In this document: positions 30,433 to 32,000 of the stretch, in pieces
How the letters are laid out: each line of letters begins with the position of its first letter
Position numbering within the stretch: position 1 is the stretch's first letter
NCBI RefSeq assembly: GCF_000316515.1
Contig: NC_019675.1
Location: forward strand, 1,171,964-1,203,963
Length of the DNA stretch: 32,000 bases
From: Cyanobium gracile PCC 6307
GTDB lineage: Bacteria; Cyanobacteriota; Cyanobacteriia; PCC-6307; Cyanobiaceae
Direction: 5' to 3'
Translations under genes and position numbers: made by a program
Notes under the pieces: model-generated
What the model was told of the DNA's origin: nothing
Databases searched by the model: none
Seen by the model: only the letters and a program-made list of their open reading frames with translations

Positions 30433-32000
30433 GGCGGCGGGGCCCACCCGGCGGGAGCGGCTGGGGGTGTGGCTGAAGGACCGGCTCCGCTACGAGTGGC
30501 TGCTGCGCCGTCCGGCACCGGCCCAGCTCGGCATCGCCAACCGCCGCGAACGGCTGGAGGCCGCCCCCGATGGATTCGGTCAGGCCTGTCTGTGGCGCTA
30601 CACCTCTCGCCTGCACGCGCCGGCCGTCCAGCCGGAGCTCGGCCGGCGCCTGCTGAGCCGCTGCCTGGCGGCGGCACCGATCCGGCGCCGGCCCACCCCC
30701 GGCTGGGCCGATGGGCCACCGGAGCTGAGCGTGCTGATCGGCCACCGGGGTACCGAGCGGCTGCCCCTGCTGCTGGCCACCCTCGAGTCCCTCGCCACCC
30801 AGGAGGGCGTCCGGCTCGAATGCCTGGTGATCGAGCAGGACAGCGAGCCCCGCATCGCCGACCGGCTTCCGGCCTGGGTGCGCCACATCCACGGCCCCCT
30901 GCCGGACCCCACCGCCCCCTACAACCGCTCCCACACCTTCAACCTCGGCGCCCGCGAGGCCCACGCCCCGGTGCTGCTGCTCCACGACAACGACATGCTC
31001 GTGCCCACCGGCTACGCCCGCCGCCTGCTGGAGCGGATCAGCCGGGGCTACGCGGTGGTGAACCCGAAGCGGTTCGTCTTCTACCTCGATGAGACCCACA
31101 GCGCGGCGGTGCTGGCCGGCTCGGGCGCCTATGACGCCAGGCCGGCGGAGGCGATCGTGCAGAACCTGGAGGCCGGCGGCTCGATGGCGATCACCGCCGA
31201 GGCCTACGCCGCCATCGGTGGGATGGATGAGGGCTTCGTCGGCTGGGGCGGGGAGGACAACGAGTTCTGGGACCGCTGCCTCACCCGGCCCACCTGGATC
31301 TGGGGCTACGAGCCGATCGTGCACCTCTGGCACCGGGGCCAGCCCCTCAAGCACCAGAAGGACAACCCCAACCTGGAGAGGGCCCGGGCCGTGATGCGGC
31401 GACCCGCCCTCGAGCGCATCGCCGCCCTGCGGCCCGCCCCGGTGAGCGGCCTGGTCAGCACGATCATCCCGGTCCACAACCGCGCCGCCCTGCTGCGCGA
31501 AGCGGTGGCCAGCGTGCTCGAGCAGGACCACCGGCCGATCGAAATCGTCATCGTCGATGACGGCTCCAGCGATGACACCGCCGCCGTGGCCGACGGGCTG
31601 GCCGCCGCCCATCCGCAGACCATCCGGGTGATCCACCAGCCCAACGGCGGTCCCGGTGCCGCCCGCCAGCGGGGCCTGGACTACAGCCGCGGGGAATTCG
31701 TCCAGTACCTCGACAGCGACGACCTGCTGCTGCCCGGCAAGTTCAGCGCCCAGGTGGGCGCCCTGCGGCGCTCCGCCGGAACCGGGATCGCCTACGGCCC
31801 CAGCCTGGAGGAGGACCACTCCCGGCGGCCCGTGGAACGGCGCGGCCCGATGCGGGCCACCGGGATCCCCCTGGAGCGGCTGTTCCCCCGGCTGCTGCTG
31901 GAGCGCTGGTGGACCACCAGCTGTCCCCTCTACCGGCGCGACCTGCTCGACCGCATCGGCCCCTGGCAGCCCTGGATCAACGAGGAGGACTGGGAGTACG
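30425..32000 (+). CDS. Large glycosyltransferase with two tandem GT2-type domains, 3' truncated by window end
   Basis: Not in the ORF track because no stop is reached. Domain 1: SVLIGHRGTERLPLLLATLESLATQEG..LHDNDMLVPTGYARRLLE...GGMDEGFVGWGGEDNEFWDRCL; domain 2: STIIPVHNRAALLREAVASVLEQDHRPIEIVIVDDGSSDDTAAVADGL...QPNGGPGAARQQ/RGLDYSRGEFVQYLDSDDLLLPGKF. Confidence 0.9.
   Translation, partial: MAEAAGPTRRERLGVWLKDRLRYEWLLRRPAPAQLGIANRRERLEAAPDGFGQACLWRYTSRLHAPAVQPELGRRLLSRCLAAAPIRRRPTPGWADGPPELSVLIGHRGTERLPLLLATLESLATQEGVRLECLVIEQDSEPRIADRLPAWVRHIHGPLPDPTAPYNRSHTFNLGAREAHAPVLLLHDNDMLVPTGYARRLLERISRGYAVVNPKRFVFYLDETHSAAVLAGSGAYDARPAEAIVQNLEAGGSMAITAEAYAAIGGMDEGFVGWGGEDNEFWDRCLTRPTWIWGYEPIVHLWHRGQPLKHQKDNPNLERARAVMRRPALERIAALRPAPVSGLVSTIIPVHNRAALLREAVASVLEQDHRPIEIVIVDDGSSDDTAAVADGLAAAHPQTIRVIHQPNGGPGAARQRGLDYSRGEFVQYLDSDDLLLPGKFSAQVGALRRSAGTGIAYGPSLEEDHSRRPVERRGPMRATGIPLERLFPRLLLERWWTTSCPLYRRDLLDRIGPWQPWINEEDWEY

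Noticed and set aside
29882-31819. 645-aa minus-strand ORF
   Set aside because: Opposite the two clear plus-strand glycosyltransferase genes; composition typical of GC-rich shadow ORFs.

Overview
GC-rich window that looks like a picocyanobacterial chromosome (Cyanobium/Synechococcus-like; inferred from gene content and order, not from a database search). The left and middle parts carry mostly housekeeping genes: mnmA, nnr, a group 2-type sigma factor, pdhA, and a collinear block ftn2(arc6/zipN)-ffh-rpsP-phoH-small FUSC-like gene, then a Bax-inhibitor-1 family gene with a clear intrinsic terminator. Nucleotide-sugar and surface-glycan genes flank this: radical SAM + glf at the left edge, gmd-fcl-galE in the middle, a TIGR03790-like exported protein, a fused ABC exporter, and then a very tightly packed same-strand run of eight genes (21573-32000, running off the edge). 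That run holds seven glycosyltransferases and one asparagine-synthetase-like protein with a degenerate amidotransferase half. I see no CRISPR array, tRNA, rRNA, transposase or phage gene. Best candidates for follow-up: (1) the AsnB-like enzyme inside the glycosyltransferase operon, (2) an in-frame TAA splitting the FUSC-like gene, (3) a phoH gene whose conserved N-terminus can only be reached from a non-canonical CTG start overlapping the rpsP stop codon, (4) a nested inverted-repeat structure in the divergent intergenic region at 19307-19369, (5) a radical SAM/glf pair. I do not see proof of a wholly new system; the glycan operon with the amidotransferase-like member is the closest candidate.
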